A stretch of 64,000 bases of DNA, from contig OY969474.1 of the NCBI GenBank assembly GCA_963700145.1, forward strand, positions 5,280,001 through 5,344,000, given 5' to 3'. Below, in pieces: positions 8,082 to 17,470 of the stretch (within the stretch, counting starts at the first letter, position 1; each line of letters begins with the position of its first letter). This DNA comes from an uncultured Acidobacteriota bacterium. GTDB lineage: Bacteria; Acidobacteriota; Thermoanaerobaculia; Multivoradales; UBA5704. The position numbers were made by a program, and so were the translations under genes. The notes beneath the pieces are model-generated. The model had not been told where the DNA came from. It searched no databases and saw only the letters and a program-made list of their open reading frames with translations.

Positions 8082-10463
8082 GTGACCGGCGTGCGCAGGA
8101 TCCTCCCCCTGTCCCTGGCAGCGCTGGTCCTGCTGGCCGCCGCTCCCTTCCCGGCGACCTCGCCGATCGAACGCGCCAACGACATCTTCCCCGTCGAGCC
8201 GGGGGTGAACGCCGAGCGCGGCTTCGGCGTGGCGCTCGACCGCGAGATCCTGGCGGTCGGCGCGCCGCTCGACGACGGGCGCGCCGAGAACGGCGGGGCG
8301 GTCTACCTCTTCCGGCGGGTGGACAGTTTCCTCCCGCAGGTGAACAGCTCCTGGGAGCCCGTGACCAAGCTCCACGGCGATCTCCCCGGCGCGGCGGTAG
8401 TGGCCGCCCGCTTCGGCTCGGCGGTGGCGCTGGAGGACGGCGTCCTCGCCGTCGCCGCGATCGGCGAGGGGGCGGTCTACGTCTTCCGCGAGGTCGGCGG
8501 AGAGTGGACGCGCGAGACAAAGCTCGTGGGACCCGCCGGCCAGTTCGGCCGGGCCGTCGCGCTCGACGGCGGCCGCCTGGCGGTCGGGTCCGTGCACCCG
8601 CACGGCCGCGCCCCCGGTGTCGTCCACCTCTACTCGGGTCCGCAGTGGGCTCTCGATGCGGCGCTCTCGCGGCGGCGTCCCGGAGAGCGGTTCGGCGAGG
8701 CGGTGGCGCTCGCCGGAGACCACCTGGTGGTCGGCGCCCCGGGGCACTCGCGCGCGGCCGGGAGCTTTTCAGGCGCCGCCTATGTCTTCCAGCTCGTGGA
8801 GGGCGTCTGGAGGGAGAGGGAGAAGCTCCTCGCCACGGACGGCCGAGAGGGGGACCAGCTCGGCGCGGCGGTCGGCGCGGCGGTCGGGCCCGACGGGACG
8901 ACGATCGCGCTCGGCGCGCCGACCGCCGACGGCGAGGACGCGAACTCGGGGGCCGTGTACGTCTCCACCTGCGCTGCCGGCGCCTGCGCCGCGCCCGGGC
9001 GGATCGCTTCGGGTGCCGGCCGCGGCGCCCTGCTCGGCTCCGCCGTCGCCGTGCAGGAGGACCTCCTCGCCGCGGGAGCGCCCGGCTCCGCCGCGGCGGA
9101 CGATCCGGGAACCCTGCGCATCTACCGCCGCCTCGGCGGGTCGTGGACCGAGGCCGTGCCGCTCCCCGGCAACGCGGAAGCGCGCGACCTCGTCGGCTTC
9201 GCGGTCGCCCTCGACGGCGGCCGCGCGGTGGCCGCCGGGGTCCTCGGCGACCAGGGGAGCGCGGCGGCGGGCGCGGTCTGGTCGTTCGTTTTCGATGCGG
9301 ACGAAGGCTGGCGCGAGGAGGCCGAGGCGGTGGCGCGCGACTTGGCGCCGTTGCCGCTCAATCCCGCCGATTTCGGCGGCTTCGGCGTCTCGGTCGCCGC
9401 GGAGCGGTACCTCGTGATCGGCTCCCTGCGCACGAACGCGGCGGACTCCCCCGGCGTGGTCTACGTCTATCGGCGGGCGGGGAAAGGGTGGCGGCAGGAA
9501 GCACGCCTGGTCTCGCCGGCGGGCAATGAGGCACCTGACGGCTTCGGCACGGCGGTCGCGACGCACGGCGAGGCGCTCCTCGTCGGCGCGCCGGCCGGGT
9601 TCGAGGCGGACGATGTCTCTCCGCCCGTGGCGTTCCCACCGAGGGCGTACCTGTTCCGGCGGAGTTCCGGCCGCTGGTCTCACGAGGAATCGTTCCAGTC
9701 CGCCGAGCCGCATCCGGGGGAACGATTTGGCGCCGCCGTCGCGATCGAAGGCGCGATCCTGGCGGTCGGGGCCCCTCGGCCAGGTTCCAGGGGAGTCGTT
9801 TTCACCGCCGAGCTCCTGCAAGGAGAGTGGACTCAGACCGACGATCTAAAAGTCCCTGGCGGTCACCCGGGAGACCTCTTCGGGACTGCGCTCGCGCTGC
9901 GGCAGGGGACGCTGGCGATCGGTGCCCCTGCGCTTGTCGGGGGCGCGGTGCATGTCGCGTTGCGCGAGGAGGGGGGGAGCTGGACAGAGCCCGTGCGCCT
10001 GGCGATCACGCCCCTTTCGCAGGCGGACCGGATCGGAGCCGCGGTGGCGCTCACCGTCGGCGTGCTTGCCGTCGGCGCTCCCGGGCGGAACACCGCCGGC
10101 GCGGCGCTCCTGCTCGCAGGCTCGGGCTCCTCTTGGTCTCTCGTCCAAGAGGTCGATCCCGAAGACGAGCTTCCGCACGAGTTCGGGTCGGCGGTGGCGC
10201 TCACGCGAGATCGGCTGGCCGTCGGCGCGCCGGGCCCGCTCCTCGCCGACGACCCCGGTCGCGCCTATCTCTACGTGCGTGAAGACGTCTGGGAGAAAGC
10301 GGAGGAGGTGAACGCGCTCCAGCCGCAGGGCGGAGACAACTTCGGCGCCGCTCTCGCCTTGGTCCCGGACTTCCTGGTGGTCACCAGCCCGGGACCTGTC
10401 GGCGGCGACCGCGCCACCGCGTTCAAGCTGCGTCCGGCGCCGCCGCCTGGAGCGTCGCCATGA
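8082..10463 (+). CDS. FG-GAP repeat protein (about 14 repeats, two propellers)
   Basis: Signal peptide; repeated FGxAVAL..LAVGAP..GAVYxF units; start 8082 or 8091. Confidence 0.85.
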   Translation: MTGVRRILPLSLAALVLLAAAPFPATSPIERANDIFPVEPGVNAERGFGVALDREILAVGAPLDDGRAENGGAVYLFRRVDSFLPQVNSSWEPVTKLHGDLPGAAVVAARFGSAVALEDGVLAVAAIGEGAVYVFREVGGEWTRETKLVGPAGQFGRAVALDGGRLAVGSVHPHGRAPGVVHLYSGPQWALDAALSRRRPGERFGEAVALAGDHLVVGAPGHSRAAGSFSGAAYVFQLVEGVWREREKLLATDGREGDQLGAAVGAAVGPDGTTIALGAPTADGEDANSGAVYVSTCAAGACAAPGRIASGAGRGALLGSAVAVQEDLLAAGAPGSAAADDPGTLRIYRRLGGSWTEAVPLPGNAEARDLVGFAVALDGGRAVAAGVLGDQGSAAAGAVWSFVFDADEGWREEAEAVARDLAPLPLNPADFGGFGVSVAAERYLVIGSLRTNAADSPGVVYVYRRAGKGWRQEARLVSPAGNEAPDGFGTAVATHGEALLVGAPAGFEADDVSPPVAFPPRAYLFRRSSGRWSHEESFQSAEPHPGERFGAAVAIEGAILAVGAPRPGSRGVVFTAELLQGEWTQTDDLKVPGGHPGDLFGTALALRQGTLAIGAPALVGGAVHVALREEGGSWTEPVRLAITPLSQADRIGAAVALTVGVLAVGAPGRNTAGAALLLAGSGSSWSLVQEVDPEDELPHEFGSAVALTRDRLAVGAPGPLLADDPGRAYLYVREDVWEKAEEVNALQPQGGDNFGAALALVPDFLVVTSPGPVGGDRATAFKLRPAPPPGASP

Positions 10464-12712
10464 CGTGGCGGCGCGCCGCCGGCGTCCTGCTCCTCGGCCT
10501 CGGCGCGCTGCCGGTGCGCGCCGACCACTGGGCGCCGCCGCCGCCGCTGCCGGCGAGCGGTCTCGAGCGCGGGGACCAGTTCGGCTCCGCCGTGGCGATC
10601 GCGGGAAACGTCGTCGCGGTGGGCGCCTACACGGCGGGGAGGGGCGCGGGCGCGGTCTACCTCTACCGTCAGGTCGGCGGCGCGTGGGCTCCCGTCTCCG
10701 CCCGGCCGCTCGCCGGGCCGGAGGGATCGCGTTCGTTCGGCTTCGACGTGGCGCTCGACCCGGCGGGTCAGAGCCTGCTCGTCGGCGCGCCGGCCACGGG
10801 AGCTTGCGGCGCGGCGTTCCTCTACGATTTGGCGGACCTGTCGTCCCCCACACCTCTCGGCCCCCCCGACGGCGCCTGCCGCCCCGGGGACGAGTTCGGC
10901 TCCGCCGTCGCGCTCGGAGTGGGCCTCCACGCGGTCGGCGCCCGCGGCGCCGACGAGAAGAGAGGGCGGGTGTACGTCGCGCGCCGAGGGGGCGGCTTCC
11001 GGCCGGTCGCGGCGGACGGCCTGGTGGCGGGGAGCGAGCTGGGACAATCCCTGGCGGTCGACGGCCCTTGGCTCGTCATGGGCGCGCCGGCCCCCTATCC
11101 CGGCAGCCGCTCGCCCGGCGCGGCGTACGTCGTCGATCTAGCGGGTGCGGACCCGCTGCGAGCGGTCGCGCTCCCCCTGCCGGCGCTCGCGGCCGGCGCC
11201 GCGTTCGGCTACGCCGTTGCGGTCTCGGGGGAGCGGATCGCGGTGGGAGCGCCGCTCCACGACCGGCAGGCGGGCGCCGTCCTGAGCTACCGCCGGGATG
11301 CCGCCGGAGCCTGGCGGCTGGAGGGCGCAGCGCTCGCCGCCGGGGCCGCAGGCGACCAGCTCGGCGTCGCGGTCGCGCTCGACGGCGCCTACCTCGTGGC
11401 CGGCGCCCGCTACGCCGATCGCGGCGGAGCGCGCGACGCGGGAGCGGCCTACCTCGAGGGCCACGGCGAGCTGGCGAGCCCCCGCCGCCAGAGCGGCGCC
11501 CAGTTCGGCTTCGCGGCGGCGGTGCGCGGTGCGACGGCGGTCGTCGGCGCCTTCCGGCAGGATGGGTCGGGCGCCGCCTACGTCTTCATGCCGCAGGATC
11601 TTCCGCTGCTGCGGCTCAGCGCCCCCGCGACGGTGACCGAAGGAGATCAGGGGCGCGGCTCCTTCACCGTGACGATCGAGGTCGTGGGGGGAGCCCCGCT
11701 CGCGCACGACGTGACGGTCGATCTCTCAACGACTCCCGTCTCGGCGAAGGCGGGCGAGGACTACGCGGCGATCTCCGACGAGATCGAGATCGAGGCAGGT
11801 TCCACCTCGGCGACGGTGAGCCTCGAGATCGTCGGCGACACCGTCTGCGAGCGGCACGAGACCTTCAAGGTGCGCCTCTCGGATCCGACGGGCGCACGGC
11901 TCGGCGCCCCCGACGAGGTCGAGGTCACGATCCGCAACGACGACGCCGGCGACATCGTGCTCAGCCCCGCCGCGGTCCTCACCGCGGAGAACGGCCCTCC
12001 CGTGCCGCTCGAGGTCCGTCTGACCTGCCAGCCCGCCGCGCCGGTCACCGTCTCGCTCAGCGCCTCGCCGCCCCTGGCGACGTTCGTGCCCGCGCAGGTC
12101 CGCTTCGTTCCGGAGCGATGGGAGACGCCCGCGCGCGTGCAGGTCCTCGGCGTCGACGATACGGACTGCGAGCCGGGCATGCCGGTGTCCTACACGATCA
12201 CCGCCTCCAGCACGAGCACCGATCCGGTGTACAGACCGGGTGCCATCGATGCCAGCCATGTCGACGACGACGTCACCTGTGTCTCCGGCACGAAGAAGGT
12301 ATGTCCGGACGACGACGGCACCGTGGTCTACACGGTCGTCCTCTCGAACGACGGCAGCGTGGCGCAGGAGGACGCGGCGAGCCACGAGCTCTTGGACACG
12401 CTGCCGCCGCAGCTCTCCGTGGTCCTCGCCAGCGCCACGAGCGGCGTCGCCACGGTCGATTACGCCGGCGACGCCGTGGCCTGGAACGGCCCGATCCCGC
12501 CCGGCGCGGACGTCGTGACGATCACCATCGTCGCCGCCCTCCACGAGGTCGCCGAGGGCACGGAGGTGAGCAACCATGCACGTCTGACATTCGACAGTGA
12601 GGGCGACGGCAGCCCGGAGATCGCCAGGACCGACGATCCCGCGACCGAGGAACCGGAAGACCCGACGATCTTCGCCGTGGGAGACACCTGCTCGCCGACG
12701 CCGCCGGGGTGA
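10460..12712 (+). CDS. FG-GAP propeller + Calx-beta + DUF11-like surface protein
   Basis: 7 FG-GAP repeats; ATVTEGD..AKAGEDY..ETFKVRLSDP..VTIRNDD (Calx-beta); VVYTVVLSN..DTLP (DUF11-like); ATGA coupling. Confidence 0.85.
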   Translation: MTWRRAAGVLLLGLGALPVRADHWAPPPPLPASGLERGDQFGSAVAIAGNVVAVGAYTAGRGAGAVYLYRQVGGAWAPVSARPLAGPEGSRSFGFDVALDPAGQSLLVGAPATGACGAAFLYDLADLSSPTPLGPPDGACRPGDEFGSAVALGVGLHAVGARGADEKRGRVYVARRGGGFRPVAADGLVAGSELGQSLAVDGPWLVMGAPAPYPGSRSPGAAYVVDLAGADPLRAVALPLPALAAGAAFGYAVAVSGERIAVGAPLHDRQAGAVLSYRRDAAGAWRLEGAALAAGAAGDQLGVAVALDGAYLVAGARYADRGGARDAGAAYLEGHGELASPRRQSGAQFGFAAAVRGATAVVGAFRQDGSGAAYVFMPQDLPLLRLSAPATVTEGDQGRGSFTVTIEVVGGAPLAHDVTVDLSTTPVSAKAGEDYAAISDEIEIEAGSTSATVSLEIVGDTVCERHETFKVRLSDPTGARLGAPDEVEVTIRNDDAGDIVLSPAAVLTAENGPPVPLEVRLTCQPAAPVTVSLSASPPLATFVPAQVRFVPERWETPARVQVLGVDDTDCEPGMPVSYTITASSTSTDPVYRPGAIDASHVDDDVTCVSGTKKVCPDDDGTVVYTVVLSNDGSVAQEDAASHELLDTLPPQLSVVLASATSGVATVDYAGDAVAWNGPIPPGADVVTITIVAALHEVAEGTEVSNHARLTFDSEGDGSPEIARTDDPATEEPEDPTIFAVGDTCSPTPPG

Positions 12713-12841
12713 TCGGCCGGCGCGGCCGCCCGCGCCCGCAACGTCAATCCCCAAGCCGCTTTAGCTTGTCCGCGCCCCTGCGATTGCTCTAAGCTGACCG
12801 CGCTTTTTTCGCGTAGTGCCATGCGGGGGGCGTGTGCACGG

Positions 12842-14182
12842 ATGGTGAAGACCTGGTTCGCCCTGGCTTTGGCCCTGCTCGCCTGGGCGCCCGCGGCCTT
12901 GGCGCAGGACGCACCGGCCGACGACGGCTTCGCCTTCGATTTCGGGATCGAGGTCAAGGCCCACCACCGCGACAGCGACGCCAACCGCTTCCCGGTCAAC
13001 TTCCCCTTCCGTCCGATCGAGCTGCCCCCGGGGCAGAGCCGCGCTTTCCTGGAGACGGTGGACGCCGGCAGCCACCTGGAGGTCTCGACCGCCACGCTGT
13101 TCCTCGACGCCGCCTGGCGCGAGAGCTTCGCGGCGCACGCCAAGATCGACTTCGTCGACCGCTACGACCGCAACCCCACCTCGACCGACCGGGAGTGGGA
13201 CGTGGACGAGGCCTGGCTGCGGCTGGGGCGGGAGGCGCCGGTCGCCACCGTCACCGAGCGGCTCGGCGCGTACTTGAAGGCCGGGAAGTTCGGCAAGTTC
13301 GAGCGCCAGGACGACCGGCATCTCGAGAGCTACGGCCTGGTCTCGACCGCCTTCAACCGCTTCGAGGACGCCGGCGTCGAGGTCGGCGTGGACCTGGGCT
13401 ACCTCTACCTCAAGGGCTCGGTGACGCGCGGCAACCCGGTCTTCATGCGCGACCCCAACGCCCTGGCCGGCGACAACGGCACGCCCGTTTTCCGCCGCCC
13501 CAACCCGCAGCCGGACTTGAAGAGCGGCATCGTCATCCCCTACGACGCCGAGATCGAGGACCTCGACCTGGGTGACGAGCTGGAGCTGGGGGCGGGGATC
13601 GGCTTCCGGGCCGGCGACGCGGCCGGCCGCTTCGGCCTCGACGTCCTGGCCTGGAGCTACGGGCGGAAGCTGGCGGAGACGGTCGAGCTGCACGGCACCT
13701 TCTACGGCGGCGATCTCGACCTCCTCGACGGGCCGGTCCACCGCCCTACCCCCTCCCCGGACCTGGCCGGCGACGAGAAGCGGGAGGTGGGCGCCAACCT
13801 CTGGCTCTACGCCGGCGGCCTCACCGTCTTCGCGCAGGTCGTGGACCAGGAGCTGGCCGGCCTCGACCGCACCGGCGTCGAAGCCGAGCTGGCCTGGTCG
13901 TTCGACCTGCCGCTCTGGGGCGCCGTCGCCGGCCGCCAGCTCTTCCCCTTCGTCGCCCCCGCCGTGCGCTGGTCGCGCCTCGACCCCGACTTCCGCAACC
14001 ACCCGCAGACGCCGAGCCCGAGCTTCGCCTGGGAGTGGGAGAAGCTCGACTACGGGGTGCGGCTGGGGGTCCTCGAGGGCATCGAGCTGACGCTCGAGCG
14101 CGCCGACAACTCCTTTATCCTCGGCTCCGGCGCCGAGGCGAGCAACGACGAGACGCTGGCTACGTTAAGGTGGCGGCTGTGA
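12842..14182 (+). CDS. Porin-like outer-membrane beta-barrel
   Basis: Signal peptide; VDEAWLRL and LKAGKF porin-like motifs; terminal LATLRWRL. Confidence 0.7.
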   Translation: MVKTWFALALALLAWAPAALAQDAPADDGFAFDFGIEVKAHHRDSDANRFPVNFPFRPIELPPGQSRAFLETVDAGSHLEVSTATLFLDAAWRESFAAHAKIDFVDRYDRNPTSTDREWDVDEAWLRLGREAPVATVTERLGAYLKAGKFGKFERQDDRHLESYGLVSTAFNRFEDAGVEVGVDLGYLYLKGSVTRGNPVFMRDPNALAGDNGTPVFRRPNPQPDLKSGIVIPYDAEIEDLDLGDELELGAGIGFRAGDAAGRFGLDVLAWSYGRKLAETVELHGTFYGGDLDLLDGPVHRPTPSPDLAGDEKREVGANLWLYAGGLTVFAQVVDQELAGLDRTGVEAELAWSFDLPLWGAVAGRQLFPFVAPAVRWSRLDPDFRNHPQTPSPSFAWEWEKLDYGVRLGVLEGIELTLERADNSFILGSGAEASNDETLATLRWRL

Positions 14183-14850
14183 AACTCCGCCGTCTCGCCT
14201 GCGCCGCGCTCCTGCTCCTCGCGCACGCCGGCGTCGCCGCGGAGCTGCGCGGCAAGATCCAGCTCCTCGGCAAAGGGGGCAAGCCCGCCCAGGGGAGCGA
14301 CCTGCGGCACGCCGTCGTCTCCTTCCAGCCGGCGGCGGCGCACCGCCCGGCCCCGGCGGCGGCGCCGCTCGAGATGGTGACGCGCAAGAAGCAGTTCGAG
14401 CCGCGCGTCCTGGCGATCACCACCGGCAGCCGGGTGCGCTTCCCCAACCTCGACCCGATCCTCCACAACGTCTTCTCCGTCACCTCCGACCATGCCTTCG
14501 ACCTCGGCCTCTACCAGAAGGGCCCGGGCAAGGAGAAGCGCTTCGACCAGCCGGGGGTGGTGCGCGTCTTCTGCAACGTCCACCACGCGATGGTGGGCTA
14601 CGTCGTGGTGCTCGACACGCCGTTCCGCGTCCACCCGGACGCGCTCGGCAACTTCACCCTCACGGGCCTCCCCGCCGGCGCCGGCAAGCTCACCGTCTGG
14701 CACGAGCAGATCGAGCCCTGGACGCTCGACCTCACGCTGCCGCGCCCGGGGATGATCGCCGCCCGCCTGGAGGTCACCCGCCCGCGCCTCCCCGCCCACC
14801 TCAACAAGCTCGGCAAGCCCTACACCGGCCGTGACCGCTACCGCGACTAG
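14179..14850 (+). CDS. Secreted cupredoxin-like / carboxypeptidase-regulatory-like protein
   Basis: GTGA coupling; signal peptide; QFEPRVL, FPNLDPILHNVFS, FCNVHHAM (type-1 copper H..C..H..M pattern). Confidence 0.8.
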   Translation: MKLRRLACAALLLLAHAGVAAELRGKIQLLGKGGKPAQGSDLRHAVVSFQPAAAHRPAPAAAPLEMVTRKKQFEPRVLAITTGSRVRFPNLDPILHNVFSVTSDHAFDLGLYQKGPGKEKRFDQPGVVRVFCNVHHAMVGYVVVLDTPFRVHPDALGNFTLTGLPAGAGKLTVWHEQIEPWTLDLTLPRPGMIAARLEVTRPRLPAHLNKLGKPYTGRDRYRD

Positions 14851-17470
14851 GCGCGAAGGCGTTCGCGCCGGGCTCAAATCGACTGGCCGCGGCCTGTCAT
14901 TGGCCGCCCGCATCCTGCTGATCACCGGCGTGCTGATCCTGCTCGCCGTCGGCGTGGCGGTGGCGGTCACTGCGCTCCTCGCGCAGCGCGTCGCCGAGGA
15001 CACGGTCGAGGCGGACCTGCGGCGCAGCGTCTCGGTGCAGGAGAGCTTCGAGCGCCAGCGCTACGAGCGGCTGGGGCTCATCTCGCGCGTCTTCCTGAGC
15101 GACGACGACGTGACCGCCTATTTCGCCGAGGCGGACGCGGTCTCGCTCCTCGACCTCCTGGGCGAGCGGCAGGAGGACCTCGGCTTCGACTTCGCCATCC
15201 TCCTCGATCCTGAGGGGCGCGTCCTCGCCCGCAGCGACCGCCCCGACGCGGTGGGGGAGGACCTCTCGCGCCGGCCCTTCATCGCCAAGGCGGTGGCCGA
15301 CTTCGAGGCCGCCGGCGTCTGGCGGGAGGGGGACGGCCTCTTCTACGCTGTCGCGGTGCCGGTGGCCAAGGACTTCACTCTCCTCGGCTACCTGGTCTCC
15401 GGCTTCGCCATCACCGAGGAGGCGGCGAAGGAGCTGGAGGAGGTGAGCCGCACCGACGTGGCGTTCGTCACCGCCGGCGACCGGCCGCGGATCGTCGCCA
15501 CGACCCTGCCGCCGGCGGCGGCGCGGGCGCTCGGGGAGCGGCTGGAGGAGGCGCTCGCCGGCGGCGATGGCGAGCCGGCGGGGGCGCGGCGGCTGGAGCT
15601 GGCGGGCGCGCCCTGGCTGGCGCAGGTCTCGCCGCTCAAGGACGCCGCCGGCCAACCGGTCGGCGCCACCGTCGCCCTGGCCTCGCTCGACCGCGCCCTG
15701 GCGCCCTTCCGCCAGATCGAGATGGCCCTCCTCGGCGCCGGGCTCGCCGCCGTCCTCCTCGCGCTGGCCCTCACCTGGTTCTTCACCCGCCGCGCCCTCC
15801 GCCCGGTCGAGCGGCTGGCCGCCGCCGCCGAGGCGGCGCGCGAGGGGCAGTACGACCAGCGGATCGAGGCCGAGCGCGGCGACGAGGTGGGGCGCCTGGC
15901 GCAGGCCTTCAACGAGCTGATGGCCGAGCTGCGCGAGAAGCGCGACATGGAGCGCTACGTCACCGAGCTGTCGAGGAACCTCCCGGAGCCGGTGCAGGCG
16001 GCGCGCGCCGCGGTCGGCCCGAGCGAGGAGCGGTCGGTGCTGCTGATGGCGGTCGAGTTGCGGCGCTACGCCGCCGCCAAGGCCGACTCCGACCCGCGCA
16101 AGCCGCTGGAGCTGCTGTCGCGCGACCTCCGCCGCCTGGCCAACGCCGCCGCCGCCCGGCGCGGGCGCCTCGAGACCATCGCCGGCCACCGCGCCCTGCT
16201 CTCCTTCGAAGGGCCGTCGCGCGCCTTCGGCGCCCTGGCGGTGGCCGGGGAGCTCCTCGACGGCGCCGCCGGCGGCGAGAGCACTCTCGTCGCCTTGGCC
16301 GCCGGCAAGGTGATCTCCGGCCCGGTGCACTGGCGGGAGCAGCCGGAGCAGGGGCTGGTGGGGCTGCCGGTACAGCAGCTCGAAAGCCTGCTGCGCGAGG
16401 CCTCGCCCGGCGACATCGTGCTGTCGCGCGAGGTCTACCGCGAGCTGCACGAGCAGTTCGCGGCCGCCGGCTACGAGCTGGCCGAGCGGCGCGGCCTGGT
16501 CTCGACCCAGCCGCTCTACGTCCTCGACGGCGCTGTGGCGGCGCGGGTCTCGGGGGTGCAGCCGGTGACCGCCGCGGCCGACGTCGCCGGGCGCGGCGAG
16601 GCCCTGGCCTCGGTGGCGGCCGGCGCGCAGCCCACCCTCTCCGGCATCGCGCCGGGATCGCTCCTCGGCCAGCGCTTCGAGATCCTCTCGGTGCTCGGCG
16701 CCGGCGGCATGGGCATCGTCTACAAGGCGCAGGACCGCGAGCTCGACGACCTGGTGGCGCTCAAGATGCTCAAGCGCGAGCTGTGGGGGGACAAGAGCCA
16801 GCTCGAGCGGCTGAAGAGCGAGATCAAGCTGGCGCGCAAGATCACCCACCCCAACGTCCTGCGCACCTACGACTTCGGCGAGATCGACGGCGTGCCTTAC
16901 ATCTCGATGGAGTACGTGCGCGGTGTCACCCTGCGCTACCTGCTCGACGAGACCGAACGGCTGCCCTACTCGGCCGGCCTGCGGCTGGCCAAGCAGCTCT
17001 GCGCCGGGCTCGCCGCGGCCCACGCGGTTGGCGTGCTGCACCGCGACATCAAGCCGGAGAACCTGATCCTCGAAGCCACCGGCAACGCCAAGCTGATGGA
17101 CTTCGGCATCGCGCGGCCGGCGCAGCGGGAAGGGCCGGGGCAGACGCAGGCGGGGTGGGTCGTGGGGACGCCGCAGTACCTGTCGCCCGAGCAGCTCCAG
17201 GGGCAGGAGTCTGACGCCCGCGCCGACATCTACTCCTGCGGCATCGTGCTCTACGAGCTCTTCACCGGCCGCCTGCCCTTCGCCGGCGCCACTCCGGTGG
17301 AGATCATGTTCCAGGCCCTCAAGGAGGAGCCGGCGCCGCCGCGCGCCGCCTGGCCCGAGGTGCCGCCGCGGCTGGAGGCGGCGATCCTGCGCTGCCTGCA
17401 GAAGGACCCGGCGGCGCGCTACCCGACCGTCGCCGACCTGCTCCACGACTTGGAGGGGCTGTCGGCATGA
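14831..17470 (+). CDS. Membrane Ser/Thr kinase: TM-Cache-like-TM-HAMP-degenerate cyclase-Hanks kinase
   Basis: Two TM helices, DEVGRLAQAFNELM (HAMP), LGAGGMGIVY, VALKML, HRDIKPEN, DFG, GTPQYLSPE. Start uncertain (14831-14900). Confidence 0.9.
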   Translation: MTATATRREGVRAGLKSTGRGLSLAARILLITGVLILLAVGVAVAVTALLAQRVAEDTVEADLRRSVSVQESFERQRYERLGLISRVFLSDDDVTAYFAEADAVSLLDLLGERQEDLGFDFAILLDPEGRVLARSDRPDAVGEDLSRRPFIAKAVADFEAAGVWREGDGLFYAVAVPVAKDFTLLGYLVSGFAITEEAAKELEEVSRTDVAFVTAGDRPRIVATTLPPAAARALGERLEEALAGGDGEPAGARRLELAGAPWLAQVSPLKDAAGQPVGATVALASLDRALAPFRQIEMALLGAGLAAVLLALALTWFFTRRALRPVERLAAAAEAAREGQYDQRIEAERGDEVGRLAQAFNELMAELREKRDMERYVTELSRNLPEPVQAARAAVGPSEERSVLLMAVELRRYAAAKADSDPRKPLELLSRDLRRLANAAAARRGRLETIAGHRALLSFEGPSRAFGALAVAGELLDGAAGGESTLVALAAGKVISGPVHWREQPEQGLVGLPVQQLESLLREASPGDIVLSREVYRELHEQFAAAGYELAERRGLVSTQPLYVLDGAVAARVSGVQPVTAAADVAGRGEALASVAAGAQPTLSGIAPGSLLGQRFEILSVLGAGGMGIVYKAQDRELDDLVALKMLKRELWGDKSQLERLKSEIKLARKITHPNVLRTYDFGEIDGVPYISMEYVRGVTLRYLLDETERLPYSAGLRLAKQLCAGLAAAHAVGVLHRDIKPENLILEATGNAKLMDFGIARPAQREGPGQTQAGWVVGTPQYLSPEQLQGQESDARADIYSCGIVLYELFTGRLPFAGATPVEIMFQALKEEPAPPRAAWPEVPPRLEAAILRCLQKDPAARYPTVADLLHDLEGLSA

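Noticed and set aside
14897-17446. 849-aa antisense ORF, and similar long antisense ORFs at 23481-25565, 34924-37623, 37494-40271 and 54482-56872
   Set aside because: In-register antisense shadows expected in very high-GC coding DNA; no motifs, and the opposite strand has clear domain hits.
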